Source: an uncultured Methanomicrobiales archaeon (GTDB lineage Archaea; Halobacteriota; Methanomicrobia; Methanomicrobiales; Methanospirillaceae). Taken from it: DNA of 64,000 nt. The notes below the pieces were generated by a model that searched no databases, was not told the DNA's origin, and saw only the letters and a program-made list of their open reading frames with translations. Within the stretch, counting starts at the first letter, position 1. Each line of letters starts with the position of its first letter. The position numbers and the translations under genes are program-made. This document shows positions 49,795-61,047 of this stretch, in pieces. The stretch lies in contig OY969100.1 of assembly GCA_963697895.1 (NCBI GenBank), positions 512,001 to 576,000 on the forward strand. The letters run 5' to 3'.

Positions 49795-49978
49795 GAGACA
49801 ATCTCCGCTTCCGAAGCATATCCGCTATTACCACCGAAACTGATATATATTTCGATAAAGCCAATAGGTCCGGTAAAATCGGCTTTTATTCCCTATTTTT
49901 GATACATCCATGGGTTAAAGGGGCCTTGCACCAGGTGCTGACCGATGAAACGGGATATCGGGAAAAGCGAAAGCAGGA

Positions 49979-50647
49979 TTAATCCATAAATGAATCATTT
50001 CTTTCCTGTTCGGGGGATGAATGAAAAAGAAGACCATATAATTTTTTCAGATCCCGGATATGGTACTGCCCTTCCGCAACCGGGGAACCTGCATGGCAGA
50101 ATACCATCTCCGATCCGAAGAGCGGGAGAAGTACGCGGGCGTAACTGAACTCTTCTCCTGTAATACTCGTAATCAGTGGTCCCGAATGAAGCGTGAATGA
50201 GAGGAATGTGATCAAATCGTCAGGTGTCTCCGGCCTGACCACAATTTTGGGAAGATCCCCATACGATCGGAGGATCCCGAGGATCTTTTCCAATCCCTCT
50301 TTATCAGGCATATCCCCGGTATGATATGACGCGATCACAACCTTGCCTCGTTTCTTCATACCGGCTGCATACGCCCGCACAGTACATTCCATATCCACGA
50401 TATCGAGATACGGGAGGAGTGGGGTCATTATCCGCAGCCATTCGGACGGGGTCCCCTCAAAAGCCCCGCCCTCCGTTCTGCTCCGGATTGTTCCGATGAG
50501 CGGAAGCGGAGTCTGTTCCCGGATCGATGCCACCAGCGCCCGGAGATCCCCTCTCATCAGGTCGATCCGGATCTCAATGAGATCGGCACCCGACTGCTGG
50601 GCATCCTCAATACTCGTGGGATCAGAGATTGAAACAACTATCTTCAT
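49979..50647 (-). CDS. aroD: Type I 3-dehydroquinate dehydratase
   Basis: ADLIEIRID, TIRSRTEGG, VIASYH, PKIVV, AEGQ. Confidence 0.88.
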   Translation of the reverse strand: MKIVVSISDPTSIEDAQQSGADLIEIRIDLMRGDLRALVASIREQTPLPLIGTIRSRTEGGAFEGTPSEWLRIMTPLLPYLDIVDMECTVRAYAAGMKKRGKVVIASYHTGDMPDKEGLEKILGILRSYGDLPKIVVRPETPDDLITFLSFTLHSGPLITSITGEEFSYARVLLPLFGSEMVFCHAGSPVAEGQYHIRDLKKLYGLLFHSSPEQERNDSFMD

Positions 50648-50779
50648 CCTTCGCGTCTGATATGGTACCTGTAATCGGATAAATATGCCTTCAATAATGG
50701 TCTGTGGCGTTCGTCCTCTTATCAATACGAACAGTACGGGTAATCCGCCCTATCCCGCCCTTTCATCCTCCATGATGGA

Positions 50780-53476
50780 TTGTTGTATGGGGGTATGCAT
50801 GTGGCAGGCGTGACGAAGCCGGATCCCTTTGATATACCCGAGCTCCTTGCGCCAGCGGGTTCCAGCGGAGCTCTCCGTGCTGCCATTGCGGCAGGCGCCG
50901 ATGCGGTCTATCTGAGCGGAAAAAGATTCGGGGCACGAAAATACGCGGAAAATTTTGATGAAGACGCGCTCCGGGAGGCAATTTCGTACGCCCATCTCTG
51001 CGGGGTGAGGGTCTATGTAACCGTGAATACCCTGATCCATGACCGGGAACTCCCGGATCTCGCAGACTATCTGGTCTGGCTCTATGAGCGGGGTGTTGAT
51101 GCGATCCTCGTTCAGGATATCGGTGTGGCTTCGCTCGCCCGGGAGCTCGTGGCGGGGCTCCCCCTTCATGCCTCCACTCAGATGACGATCACCGATCGGG
51201 AAGGTGTGGCAATGGCCCGCCATCTTGGGTTTTCACGCGTAGTCCTGGCTCGTGAGGTCGGTCTCGGGGAGATTGTCGATATCGTGAACGCACCTGACTG
51301 TGGTCAGACAGGACTCGAGGTTTTCATTCACGGGGCACTCTGTTACTGTTATTCCGGCCAGTGTCTCCTCTCATCGGTCATCGGCGGCCGAAGCGGCAAC
51401 CGCGGTACTTGTGCGCAACCATGCCGCAAACCCTACACGCTGGATGCAGGAGGGGTGGATGCATACGGAAGGCCTGAATCTCTGTCATGCGTTCCGCTCC
51501 CGGACGCGTATCTCCTCTCGACCCGTGATCTCGCGGCGTACCCGAATCTTAAAGCAATTGCCCGAACCCGGATCGCGGCACTCAAGATCGAGGGGAGAAT
51601 GCGTTCTCCGGAATATGTCGCGGTCGTGGTATCCATCTATAGGAAAGCACTCGACGCGATTGCAGCCGGTGCCTGGTCCCCAAATGAAGACGATATGCGT
51701 GACCTCGCCCTTGCATTCAACCGCGGGTTCACGGGGGGGTATCTGTCCGGGGTCGGCCCGGGTGATGTGATGGGAAGGGATCGTCCCGATAACCGGGGCA
51801 TCTGCATCGGCACAGTGATCGCCAGTGATCCCCGCTTCCGTACCGTGTGTGTTCACCTGAGCGGGGGGATCCGTCCGGAACAGGGCGATGGATTGATGAT
51901 TGCCGATTCTGTATCCGGACGTGAAGAGGGGATGCTTCTTTCCCTGCAGCCAAGATATACCGGCGAGACGGTTGTTATTCCCGTTCAGGCGCCGATAACC
52001 CCGGGATCAAAGGTTTATCTGACCCGGAGAGAGGAGCTGGTCCGCAGGGCCCAGAAGATTGTCGGGAAAGCCCCCGGGAAAGCGTTCATCCCGGTTGATC
52101 TTTCGGTGACCATCGCGGAGGATCGTATACCTCTCCTCGAGGGATCCGTAAAAGGAAAAGATGGATCTCCTCTGACCGTCCGTTACCGATCGGACGTTCC
52201 CCTCGAACCTGCGCGCCGAGCACCTCTCACCGGCACACAGATAGAAATGCAGATGAGAAAGGCCGGGGATTCACCATTCTTCGTTCGTTCGTGTGAGATC
52301 TCATACCCGGGAGGGTTATTCGCACCGATCAGTGCTCTGAACCGGATGAGAAGACTGCTCCTCTCTGCGGTGGAAAAGGCTATCCTCGCATCCTGGAGCC
52401 CGGATCAGGAGATGGTTCGTACCTGTCGCATACGGGCCGGGGCTTTCAGAGAACGGCAGGCTTTGACGAAGTGTCTCCGGAAACAAAGCCCCAGTAGTAG
52501 CCCGGTCATCATGGTATATGTGAATGAGCTCCGCGCGGCAATGAAAGCCGTACAGGCCGGGTGTCAGATGGTCTGCTTTGAACCCCCCTCCTGCACATCA
52601 GAAGAGGGGGGAGAGAGTGCCGGCAGAGGCCGTTCCGTCTCCGATGATCTTACGGGACTGGGAGCAGTCATGGATGAGTTTGCCGGAATATGCCGCGCGT
52701 ATGGAGGAAATCCTGTCTGGAAATGGCCGCGAATCGCTCACGGTGTGTTTCTTGAGCGTGCGCTGCGTTCCGTACCCGGTATATACAATACAGGGGTAAC
52801 AGAGGTCCTGCTCGAAAATCCGTCACCGGCGGAAGCGATCCTCCAGAAAGAGCCCCGGTGTCTTCTATCAGGGGGGACCGGACTCAATATATTCAACCAC
52901 CGGTCCATTGCTGCGCTCTGTCCTCCTTTTCATCGGGTTACGCTCTCACCGGAATTGTCACAGAGGGATATCTTAGAATTAATGATAAAGATCCCGTTAC
53001 CGGGTAATCCCCCGCATATCGCGTGTTTAGTAGAAGGAAATCTGGAGGTGATGGTCAGCGAGGACAGGCTGCTTTCCCTGGTCCCGGAACCGGAAATCCC
53101 CGGGAGAAAGTATGGCTTCATTGGTCTCCGGGACGAACGAAACCGGATTTTCCCGGTCTGGACCGACAGTGGCGGCCGCACCCGGGTGTTCAATGCAGTT
53201 GAGACCTGTCTCATCGATCACCTCCCGATACTCGTCGCATCCGGTGTGGAAACGTTGGTCATCGATGCACGAAACAGGGGAGAGCAGTATGCGGGGAAAA
53301 TAACGGAAATATATAAAAATGCACTCCATATATGCGAGAATGAACCAGATCCGCCATCCTCTTCATTTTTGCCGCTCAAAAGGAAGATAAAATCTATCGC
53401 TCTGGGTGGGATCACGACAGGCAGTTTTATCAGAGGATTGAAAGAAGGAGAAATACCTCCGATATCGATCGAGTAG
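50780..53476 (+). CDS. Long U32-family Fe-S protein (RlhA-like RNA hydroxylase, DUF3656 region)
   Basis: PELLAPAG, HASTQ, LARE, HGALCYCYSGQCLLS, NRGTCAQPCR, KIEGRMR, T.G tail; start uncertain. Confidence 0.88.
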   Translation: MLYGGMHVAGVTKPDPFDIPELLAPAGSSGALRAAIAAGADAVYLSGKRFGARKYAENFDEDALREAISYAHLCGVRVYVTVNTLIHDRELPDLADYLVWLYERGVDAILVQDIGVASLARELVAGLPLHASTQMTITDREGVAMARHLGFSRVVLAREVGLGEIVDIVNAPDCGQTGLEVFIHGALCYCYSGQCLLSSVIGGRSGNRGTCAQPCRKPYTLDAGGVDAYGRPESLSCVPLPDAYLLSTRDLAAYPNLKAIARTRIAALKIEGRMRSPEYVAVVVSIYRKALDAIAAGAWSPNEDDMRDLALAFNRGFTGGYLSGVGPGDVMGRDRPDNRGICIGTVIASDPRFRTVCVHLSGGIRPEQGDGLMIADSVSGREEGMLLSLQPRYTGETVVIPVQAPITPGSKVYLTRREELVRRAQKIVGKAPGKAFIPVDLSVTIAEDRIPLLEGSVKGKDGSPLTVRYRSDVPLEPARRAPLTGTQIEMQMRKAGDSPFFVRSCEISYPGGLFAPISALNRMRRLLLSAVEKAILASWSPDQEMVRTCRIRAGAFRERQALTKCLRKQSPSSSPVIMVYVNELRAAMKAVQAGCQMVCFEPPSCTSEEGGESAGRGRSVSDDLTGLGAVMDEFAGICRAYGGNPVWKWPRIAHGVFLERALRSVPGIYNTGVTEVLLENPSPAEAILQKEPRCLLSGGTGLNIFNHRSIAALCPPFHRVTLSPELSQRDILELMIKIPLPGNPPHIACLVEGNLEVMVSEDRLLSLVPEPEIPGRKYGFIGLRDERNRIFPVWTDSGGRTRVFNAVETCLIDHLPILVASGVETLVIDARNRGEQYAGKITEIYKNALHICENEPDPPSSSFLPLKRKIKSIALGGITTGSFIRGLKEGEIPPISIE

Positions 53477-53644
53477 TTTAACGGGACATGTATTGATGAA
53501 AAACCCTGAATATTGCCCACCGGAAGATTATCACGTGGAGGTATTTCCTGTATGAACTGAGATATGGGGGTTCCCGCACCGGGTCTGGAATGCCAGGTAT
53601 CCTAAATCTCCGGGGGAACGTTCTTTTTATCGCGACCCCCATCC

Positions 53645-54331
53645 ATGGGTAACGGAGACATCATGACACCGCCATTCATCCTGATCAATCTCAAGTCCTA
53701 TCCGGAGGGGACCGGACAACGTGCTCATGCGATCGCGGACGCTGCCTTGCAGGTAGCAGAAGAGAGTGGTGCGCGGATCGGCCTCGCACCAGGCTACATG
53801 GATATTCATCCGATCAGTTTTCATTTCGAACTTCCCGTCTTCGGGCAGCATGTGGATGGAGCCGAACCGGGGGCACATACCGGGCATATTACGGCATATG
53901 CGCTGAAACAGGCCGGTGCTGCCGGTTCTCTGGTAAACCATTCCGAGAGGCGGCTTTCCCTTGCAGATGTCGATGGGGCAGTATCGGCTCTTCGTGGGGA
54001 GAAGATGACCTCTGTCGTATGTTCCAACAACGTGGCGACCAGCGCTGCGGCAGCTGCGCTCAAACCGGATTATGTAGCGATCGAACCCCCTGAGTTGATC
54101 GGAAGCGGGATCTCGGTCTCAAAGGCGAATCCGGATATCATCAGAAGTTCTGTTTCGGCGATCCGGGCAGTGAACGCGGAGGTCGGGATTCTCACCGGTG
54201 CAGGGATACAGTCCGGGGAATGTGTCAGAATCGCCAGGGATCTCGGTACAGACGGGGTGCTTCTGGCATCGAGCGTCGTCAAGGCGAAGGTACCGATCAC
54301 CGTTCTCCGGGACCTCGTATCGCTCATCTGA
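53645..54331 (+). CDS. tpiA: Archaeal triosephosphate isomerase
   Basis: INLKSY, NHSERR, AIEPPELIG, GAGI, GVLLAS. Confidence 0.95.
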   Translation: MGNGDIMTPPFILINLKSYPEGTGQRAHAIADAALQVAEESGARIGLAPGYMDIHPISFHFELPVFGQHVDGAEPGAHTGHITAYALKQAGAAGSLVNHSERRLSLADVDGAVSALRGEKMTSVVCSNNVATSAAAAALKPDYVAIEPPELIGSGISVSKANPDIIRSSVSAIRAVNAEVGILTGAGIQSGECVRIARDLGTDGVLLASSVVKAKVPITVLRDLVSLI

Positions 54332-54887
54332 TATCGGTGATCAGGGATATCAGGTCATGCTTGGTGATCACGCCCCGCACGTGACCCCCTTCCATCACCA
54401 GCACCGCGTGGTGATGCTGCAGGATCTTTATCACGGTCTCCATCCCCATGTCTGGTGGAACGGTCGGGAACCCCGATTCCATAAAATTCTTCACCGGGAA
54501 GTGATCGCTTCGGTGCAGACCCTGTTCTTCAATGACGGTAACAATTGCCGATTCCGATATACACCCCAGGGGAAGACCATCCTCGATAACCGGGATTTGA
54601 GAGAAGTTATTCTCCTCCATGATCGAAACTGCCCGGAGAATGGAATCCTTTGGCCCAACTGAGGTGACCGGAGCGTGCATCACATCAGCTGCCGATACTC
54701 TTCGTGGTGCAGCACTATTTAACGCATGCACAATTTTGGTGAGAGTGCTGGCACGGGGATCCACGCTCCCGGCTTCAATCCGGGCAACCATCGACTGGCT
54801 GATTCCGGCCATCGTCGCGAGCTGAGCTTGTCGTATGCCGAGGACTTCCCGTCTTGCTTTCAATTCTTCCGGTGTCGGAATATGCAT
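54324..54887 (-). CDS. HTH-CBS domain transcriptional regulator
   Basis: QAQLA..AGISQSMVARIEAG..DPR HTH followed by two CBS repeats. Confidence 0.9.
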   Translation of the reverse strand: MHIPTPEELKARREVLGIRQAQLATMAGISQSMVARIEAGSVDPRASTLTKIVHALNSAAPRRVSAADVMHAPVTSVGPKDSILRAVSIMEENNFSQIPVIEDGLPLGCISESAIVTVIEEQGLHRSDHFPVKNFMESGFPTVPPDMGMETVIKILQHHHAVLVMEGGHVRGVITKHDLISLITDIR

Positions 54888-54966
54888 TAGCGATTACTGG
54901 GAGTAATATTACCTGTTATCAGTTAAAAATGTGTGTAAAATGAGTAAATAACGAAAGGATATAACC

Positions 54967-55305
54967 GGAGTGGGAGGAGTAAGCCCCCTTCTGTTCGTTG
55001 CGGCATTCAGCTATGCACCATACCCGGGCGGTTACTGAGCAACCGGATTGCCCTGTTTTGGCTTGCACCCGCAGGGATTCACCGTTTCATCGATTCCTGT
55101 TCCTGCGCTCTGCGATTAGGCATGGAATGACATGCAGCTCGCCCGGTAAGGGCTCGGTCGCATCATTGCTAATAACAGGCCGTGTCGTTTCTGTGCCATT
55201 GCCGTGACTCTCGCCACCCGTACTTGCGTACGGCTGCGTGCTCAGCGGGTGGGGGGACTTTCCTCAGCGGCGTTTCCGCCACCGTCGGCCGCACTCTCCC
55301 TCTCC
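54967..55305 (-). ncRNA. rnpB: RNase P RNA (archaeal type A)
   Basis: Minus strand has GAGGAAAGTCCCCCC (CR I), ACAGAAA, TGAAAC, GTGCAAG and AACAGAAGGGGGCTTA (CR V); terminal P1 pairing GGAGAGGGAG/CTCCCACTCC. Confidence 0.95.
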
Positions 55306-55338
55306 ACTATTTATAGGAGAGCCGATTATTTACTCTTA

Positions 55339-55899
55339 ATGGACGTCCTCACCCCCGAAGAAGGAGTTTATGCTGTTCAATTAGCCCGCACCGTTTTGGA
55401 AAATGTGATTGGGTCATCATCCCTTCCCTGTCCGTGCCTTACCCCGATATTCGGCGAAAAGCGGGGGGTGTTTGTAACGCTTACCCGAGCCGGGAAGCTC
55501 AGGGGGTGTATTGGGTTTCCCTATCCGGTAATACCGCTCGGGGAGGCAATCAGGGAAGCAGCATTATCGGCTGCACGGGAGGATCCCCGGTTTCCGCCAG
55601 TGCAGGCACCGGAACTGGCAACAATCCGGATCGAAGTGACCATCCTGACCGTTCCCGCCCGGCTGGATGTCCCTCCCGGGCAGCGACCTTTCTCGATCAT
55701 AGTCGGACGTCATGGTCTGATCGCACGCGGGATGGGGAGGAGCGGGCTTCTTCTTCCCCAGGTCCCGGTGGAATGCTGCTGGGACAGCGTGACGTTTCTG
55801 GATCATACCTGTGTGAAGGCAGGGCTCCCAACCGGATGCTGGAGAAGAAAAGAGGTAGAGATATTCACCTTTGAGGGCCAGATCTTCCATGAAGGGTGA
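55339..55899 (+). CDS. AMMECR1/TIGR00296 family protein
   Basis: RGVFVTL..GKLRGCIG, AREDPRF, GRHGLI, GLLLPQVP, CVKAGL; ORF-track extension overlaps rnpB and is spurious. Confidence 0.92.
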   Translation: MDVLTPEEGVYAVQLARTVLENVIGSSSLPCPCLTPIFGEKRGVFVTLTRAGKLRGCIGFPYPVIPLGEAIREAALSAAREDPRFPPVQAPELATIRIEVTILTVPARLDVPPGQRPFSIIVGRHGLIARGMGRSGLLLPQVPVECCWDSVTFLDHTCVKAGLPTGCWRRKEVEIFTFEGQIFHEG

Positions 55900-56093
55900 G
55901 CAGATTTTTGCGCCACCATTCCTGTCCGGGTGCAAACACGGGGACCTCCCGATGCGTGAAAGAAGGAGATTTGAGGGAATCAGGGGGAAATAAAAATATA
56001 TTCACCTGAAACAGTGAATGCGTCACCGGGATCGGGTGATCACCCGGCGAGATTCGATATACTCGTCCCCGGATGCTACGGAACGGGTCCATA

Positions 56094-56735
56094 ATGAAGC
56101 TCCATGCGATTTTTCTTGCCTATATCATGCAGGGGGTAATTCTTGCAATTACCATCTACAGCATCGTGATCGGTGATTATCCCGTAACGATATCCGGAAT
56201 CGTCGCCCTCTTCCTGACCATGATCCCCGCGATCGTCAAGCGGCAATGGCATATCACCGTCCCGTGGTTTGTCACATTTCTGATCGCCCTCACCCTCTTC
56301 TTTCATGTGGCCGGGTATGTCTTTGCGTGGTATCTGATATTCTATCCGTATTATGACAAGATCGCGCACTTTGTCGCATCCATCACCATTGCACTCCTCG
56401 GGTTCCTCATGGTGCTGATCCTCCATCGCTACGGAGGCATGAAGTGCTCCCGGACGATGACCATATTCTACATCATTATCTTCACCCTTGCATTAGGTGC
56501 CATCTGGGAGATCATCGAATATTTCCTCGATTTCTTCCTTCATACCGGTCTCCAGCATGGAAATGACGATACCATGATCGACCTCATCATCGATCTGCTG
56601 GGTGGCATCGTTGTTGCTGTTCTGGGGGGAAATTATCTCAAGCGAAGGGATGAAACAGAGATTGTGGACGCGATGATCGTGCCGGGACAGGAGGTGAACA
56701 TCCCTGTCATCTCCTCCAGAAAACCCAATAAATGA
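56094..56735 (+). CDS. Membrane protein (DUF2238/VanZ-like, possible metal-dependent hydrolase)
   Basis: About 6 TMs, YDKIAH, WEIIEY, DTMIDL motifs. Confidence 0.75.
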   Translation: MKLHAIFLAYIMQGVILAITIYSIVIGDYPVTISGIVALFLTMIPAIVKRQWHITVPWFVTFLIALTLFFHVAGYVFAWYLIFYPYYDKIAHFVASITIALLGFLMVLILHRYGGMKCSRTMTIFYIIIFTLALGAIWEIIEYFLDFFLHTGLQHGNDDTMIDLIIDLLGGIVVAVLGGNYLKRRDETEIVDAMIVPGQEVNIPVISSRKPNK

Positions 56736-56885
56736 CCAAAAAGGAGATTTCTCTGTTTGGGGGCCTATTATTGCGGTATCTGGATGGACAGCAGTTCTCA
56801 CTCGCTATCAAAAAATCATCCTTTCTTGTATGCCGTTATACAAAACCATTTGAGAGAAGAGATAATATCCTGTTCAGGAATCCGA

Positions 56886-57782
56886 ATGATTAAAAAATTC
56901 CCTAAAATTGGGTACAACCATTATTTTGCAATAATTATACTTCTGGGACTGCTGAACGTCTCCCTTGGATATATGTACTGGGAAGGAAAGACGAACCAGA
57001 TTACGACTCTTGTCGTCCAGGGCGCCCCGGGGAGGATCGTATTCATCGCCGATCCGCATCTTCGAGAGAGCAATATGAATCACATCCAGGAAAGTATTAC
57101 GCAGATTAATGAGCTTCACCCTGGACTCGTCCTTATTGGCGGGGATTTTACCTACGGGGATGATCTCGCGCTCCAGGATGTGTGGAGCGGTATCGATGCG
57201 CCGGTCTACGCAGTACTCGGTAATCACGATTACAAAACAGGGATCAGCGCAACCAGCTGCGTTCAGAAGATGCTCTCCATCAAAAAGGCAACTATCGACG
57301 CGGATCACTATAACGTGAGTTGTCTCCGGGACGACTCGGTGGATGAGGCATATGCAGATCAACTATCTGAAGTTCTGGAAAAGAATGGCGTCCATGTTTT
57401 ACGAAATGAGTATGCGGACATCCCCATTGACGGAAAGACGGTGCGGATTGTCGGGTTGGACGATGGATGGGCCGGAATGGCCGATCCCCCGCCTATACCG
57501 AAGACAGATGCCTTCACCATCTACATGATCCACGAACCGGAATGCCAGGCCAACTGGGATGCCGACCTTATCCTCTCCGGGCATACGCATGGCGGGCAGT
57601 TCATCCCGCCCGGGGCGGATCGCCTCCTGTCCGGCGGCCGGATTGAGCTCTCGGGACGCATCGACGGAAAAAACGCCACATCGTACGTCACGCGGGGTTT
57701 GAGCACTTCCAATCTCGAATTCGAGGTCCGGGCCTTTGCGTCGCCGGAGATTGTTCTCATCGAGTCACCTGACATATCATAA
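56886..57782 (+). CDS. Membrane-anchored metallophosphoesterase (YkuE-like)
   Basis: N-terminal TM, ADPH, GGD, LGNHD, HEP, SGHTHGGQ. Confidence 0.88.
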   Translation: MIKKFPKIGYNHYFAIIILLGLLNVSLGYMYWEGKTNQITTLVVQGAPGRIVFIADPHLRESNMNHIQESITQINELHPGLVLIGGDFTYGDDLALQDVWSGIDAPVYAVLGNHDYKTGISATSCVQKMLSIKKATIDADHYNVSCLRDDSVDEAYADQLSEVLEKNGVHVLRNEYADIPIDGKTVRIVGLDDGWAGMADPPPIPKTDAFTIYMIHEPECQANWDADLILSGHTHGGQFIPPGADRLLSGGRIELSGRIDGKNATSYVTRGLSTSNLEFEVRAFASPEIVLIESPDIS

Positions 57783-57936
57783 GGATACATCCGATCCGAA
57801 CATCCCCTCTTTTACCGTTTGTGATACCTGCGATAACTCCAACGAGAAACGTAATGGATAAATGGAACGTCGTTTCCGGCTGACATACCTTATTACCTCT
57901 TTAACCCCTCAATAATGCGTATATTCGGAATAGCCC

Positions 57937-59391
57937 ATGGCACTCCAGTTTGAGGTCCTCTCCAAAGACATTGCCGGCCGCATAGGCCGGTTAAAGGCCG
58001 GTAAAAGGACGCTTCGTACTCCGGCACTTCTCCCGGTCGTTAATCCCCATCTCCTGGTGATCAGCCCGGCAGAGATGAACGCCCTCGGGGCAGAGGGGAT
58101 CATCACGAATGCATATATCCTGAACAGGAGCCGGGAATTTCGTGAAGCGGCCCTGAAAGAGGGACTTCATGCCATCCTTGGGTTCGACGGAATTATCATG
58201 ACCGATTCCGGATCGTTTCAGTTATCCGTCTACGGGGATGTGAAGATCACGAACCGCGAGACGCTGGAGTTTCAGCGTGCAATCGGAAGCGACATCGTTG
58301 TCCCGCTCGACATCCCCACGCCGCCGGATGCCGACCGGGAGAGGGCATCGTGCGAGCTTGGTATTACCGAGAGCAGGCTCGAGGAAGCGCGCGAACTGTT
58401 CGGGGATGATTCCCCGGTAGCCGGGCCGGTGCAGGGAGGACTGTTCGAGGATCTTCGGGAGTCGGCCGGCCGGAGAGTCGGGGAACTCGGTTTCGCCTTC
58501 TGTCCGATTGGAGCAGTCGTTCCACTCATGGAATCCTACCGGTATGCAGACCTGGTGCGGGTGTTGCTTGCGGCAAAGAGGGGGATCCCCCGTTCCGCCT
58601 GCGTGCACCTCTTCGGTGCCGGGCATCCGTCCATGTTCGCCCTTGCCGTCGCAATGGGGTGCGATGTCTTCGATTCTGCCGCATATGCACTGTACGCGAA
58701 AGAAGGACGATACCTCACGCCGGCAGGCAGCTATAAACTCGCAGAACTCACCGAGCTCCCCTGTGCCTGCCATGTCTGCCGGAGTCACACTCCGGGTGAT
58801 ATCATCGCCTCGAAGGAGAAAGAAAGGCTCCTTGCCCTGCATAACCTTTCGGTGAGTTTTGCCGAGATTGCCCGGATCAGGCAGGCGATCACCGATGGCG
58901 TTCTCTGGGAACTCGTCGATGAACGGTGCCGGAATCACCCCCAGCTCCTTCGCGGTTACCGTGAACTGATGAAGCACAGCCGTGAGCTTGAGCCTTTAGA
59001 CAGGGTCTCCAAACGCCGTTTTTTTTATCGGGGGACAGAGAGCTGCCAGCGTACGGAAGTTATCCGGTATCAGATGCTGCTCGAAAGGATTCCGGTGCAT
59101 GGACGCGTGCTGATTGCCATAGATGGGCGGATACGGGAGGGATTTGATACGATCCTCCTGTTCAAGCCCCCCTTCGGCCCCTATCTTCCGGAGTTGAAAG
59201 AAACGTTCCCTATTGGGCAGAGCGAAATTCCGGACTGGGATGAGGAGATGGTCAGACAGGGATGCACCGGGATCCGGAAAGTGATCGACTCCAATCCGGA
59301 TTGCACCTTCACCGTATTCTGCACGGGTCCGTGGAGATCCGTCATCACCCGGGAACTTGACAGGACGGAGGTATGTTGTGACGACGTTTGA
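57937..59391 (+). CDS. tgtA: tRNA-guanine(15) transglycosylase
   Basis: [33 protein letters not shown], CxCxxC..H Zn site. Confidence 0.95.
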   Translation: MALQFEVLSKDIAGRIGRLKAGKRTLRTPALLPVVNPHLLVISPAEMNALGAEGIITNAYILNRSREFREAALKEGLHAILGFDGIIMTDSGSFQLSVYGDVKITNRETLEFQRAIGSDIVVPLDIPTPPDADRERASCELGITESRLEEARELFGDDSPVAGPVQGGLFEDLRESAGRRVGELGFAFCPIGAVVPLMESYRYADLVRVLLAAKRGIPRSACVHLFGAGHPSMFALAVAMGCDVFDSAAYALYAKEGRYLTPAGSYKLAELTELPCACHVCRSHTPGDIIASKEKERLLALHNLSVSFAEIARIRQAITDGVLWELVDERCRNHPQLLRGYRELMKHSRELEPLDRVSKRRFFYRGTESCQRTEVIRYQMLLERIPVHGRVLIAIDGRIREGFDTILLFKPPFGPYLPELKETFPIGQSEIPDWDEEMVRQGCTGIRKVIDSNPDCTFTVFCTGPWRSVITRELDRTEVCCDDV

Positions 59392-61021
59392 AGTGAAGAA
59401 ACGTGATGGACTGGCACGGAAATCGGTATTCATTCATGGGGATATACACCTCTCCCTCCCCGCCGCGTGTGATCCGACCGCCCTGTTCCCATCGATGAAA
59501 CTCGTTCATTTAACCAATGTGCCGCTCTCCGCTCCTCCCGCATTCGTGAAGGAATATTTCGACCCGGGCGAGGGACAACCGGTTCCGGTTCACCCATCAC
59601 AGGAATGTATTACGGGAGTCTCCGGTGACTGCGTGATGATCGCAAACTGGCATACCGCGCTCTCGAACCCCCGGAATTTCGCACACTGGATCTGTTCGCT
59701 CAAAGAAAAAATTCCACCGGACACTGCATGGTACGCCCCGGCGTCCGCCCTGCCGTCCAATGCACATATCCTCTGTTACGCGGGGTTCGATCTCTTCGAT
59801 TTCTCGGCGGTGGACCTGAAGACCGCACAGGATACGTTCTGCCTGCCCGAAGGAGAATTCCCCGGTTCGATCCTGGGATCCGGAATCTGCGGATGTGAAG
59901 GGTGCAGAAAGGGGGACCTCTCACAGCATAATCGCCATTCGCTCTCGACCGAGTTGTCGCTCATCACGCAGTTCATCGAATCCCAGCAGATGCGGGAGTT
60001 CGTGGAATCCCGGTGCCGGATGAATGCATACCATGTCGCAATTCTGCGGCATCTTGACAACCAGCGCACCCTTATGGAGATGGCTATCCCGGTTGCACGG
60101 AACGTGCGCCTGGGGGCGATGTCGGGTGATGCATTGAACCGGGCCGAGATCCGGAGGTTCGCGGACCGGGTTGTCCGGCGATACATTCCTCCTCCTGCCG
60201 ATACGATCGTCCTATTGCCCTGTTCCTGGAAAAAACCCTACGCACTTTCCCAAAGCCATCGGAAATTAATACAGGCGGTGGCGGGGCGAGCGCTCGAGGT
60301 TATCGTCACCTCCCCCCTCGGTGTCGTTCCCCGTGAACTCGAACGCTGTTACCCTGCCGCTCACTATGATATTCCGGTCACCGGTCACTGGGACCGGGAG
60401 GAAAAGGCGTTCACCGCGAGGATACTTCGCGAATTTCTGGAGCGCCACTCATTCAGGCGCGTTATAGCACACCTTGAGGGAGGAGCAATGGATTCGGCGA
60501 TGATGGCGGCGGATGAGCTGGGGATCGATCCGGATCTTACCTGCATCGGGCACCCCACCTCCGCGGCTTCCCTTGCCGCTCTGGAAGCGGCCTGTGCGGG
60601 GGAAAGGATGGTTAAACAGGATCCTGTCCGGGGTATCGGTTCCTGGCAGTTTGGCGTACCGATCGATACCAGGGGAATTCAGATGCGTGGCCGGTACCCC
60701 GCCCTGTTCGCAACGAAGGGGAAAACACAGTTATTTTCCCTTGATACGGGTACGGGGCTGCTGCGCCCGACATTTGACGGGTGGAGCCTTGTAAAAGGAG
60801 TGTACCGGGTGGAGATCGAAGATTTTGTCCCCCGCGGGGATGTACTGGCCCCCGGGGTTTCGGGGGTAGACCCGCAGATCCGGGAAGGAGATGAAGTGCT
60901 GGTGGAAGGACCGTCTGCATTCGCAACCGGAAGATCCTCGATGAGCGCCGTCGAGATGCACGGATCGAGACGGGGGGTCGCGGTCCGTGTGCGCACGATA
61001 AAGAAGATTGAACATCAATAA
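59378..61021 (+). CDS. arcS: Archaeosine synthase alpha subunit (TgtA2) with PUA domain
   Basis: [44 protein letters not shown]-terminal PUA. Confidence 0.9.
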   Translation: MTTFEVKKRDGLARKSVFIHGDIHLSLPAACDPTALFPSMKLVHLTNVPLSAPPAFVKEYFDPGEGQPVPVHPSQECITGVSGDCVMIANWHTALSNPRNFAHWICSLKEKIPPDTAWYAPASALPSNAHILCYAGFDLFDFSAVDLKTAQDTFCLPEGEFPGSILGSGICGCEGCRKGDLSQHNRHSLSTELSLITQFIESQQMREFVESRCRMNAYHVAILRHLDNQRTLMEMAIPVARNVRLGAMSGDALNRAEIRRFADRVVRRYIPPPADTIVLLPCSWKKPYALSQSHRKLIQAVAGRALEVIVTSPLGVVPRELERCYPAAHYDIPVTGHWDREEKAFTARILREFLERHSFRRVIAHLEGGAMDSAMMAADELGIDPDLTCIGHPTSAASLAALEAACAGERMVKQDPVRGIGSWQFGVPIDTRGIQMRGRYPALFATKGKTQLFSLDTGTGLLRPTFDGWSLVKGVYRVEIEDFVPRGDVLAPGVSGVDPQIREGDEVLVEGPSAFATGRSSMSAVEMHGSRRGVAVRVRTIKKIEHQ

Positions 61022-61047
61022 AATGAAAATTCTGTGCACATAGAGGA

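Noticed and set aside
55204-55338. N-terminal extension of the AMMECR1 ORF
   Set aside because: Overlaps RNase P RNA antisense; the family domain starts at ATG 55339
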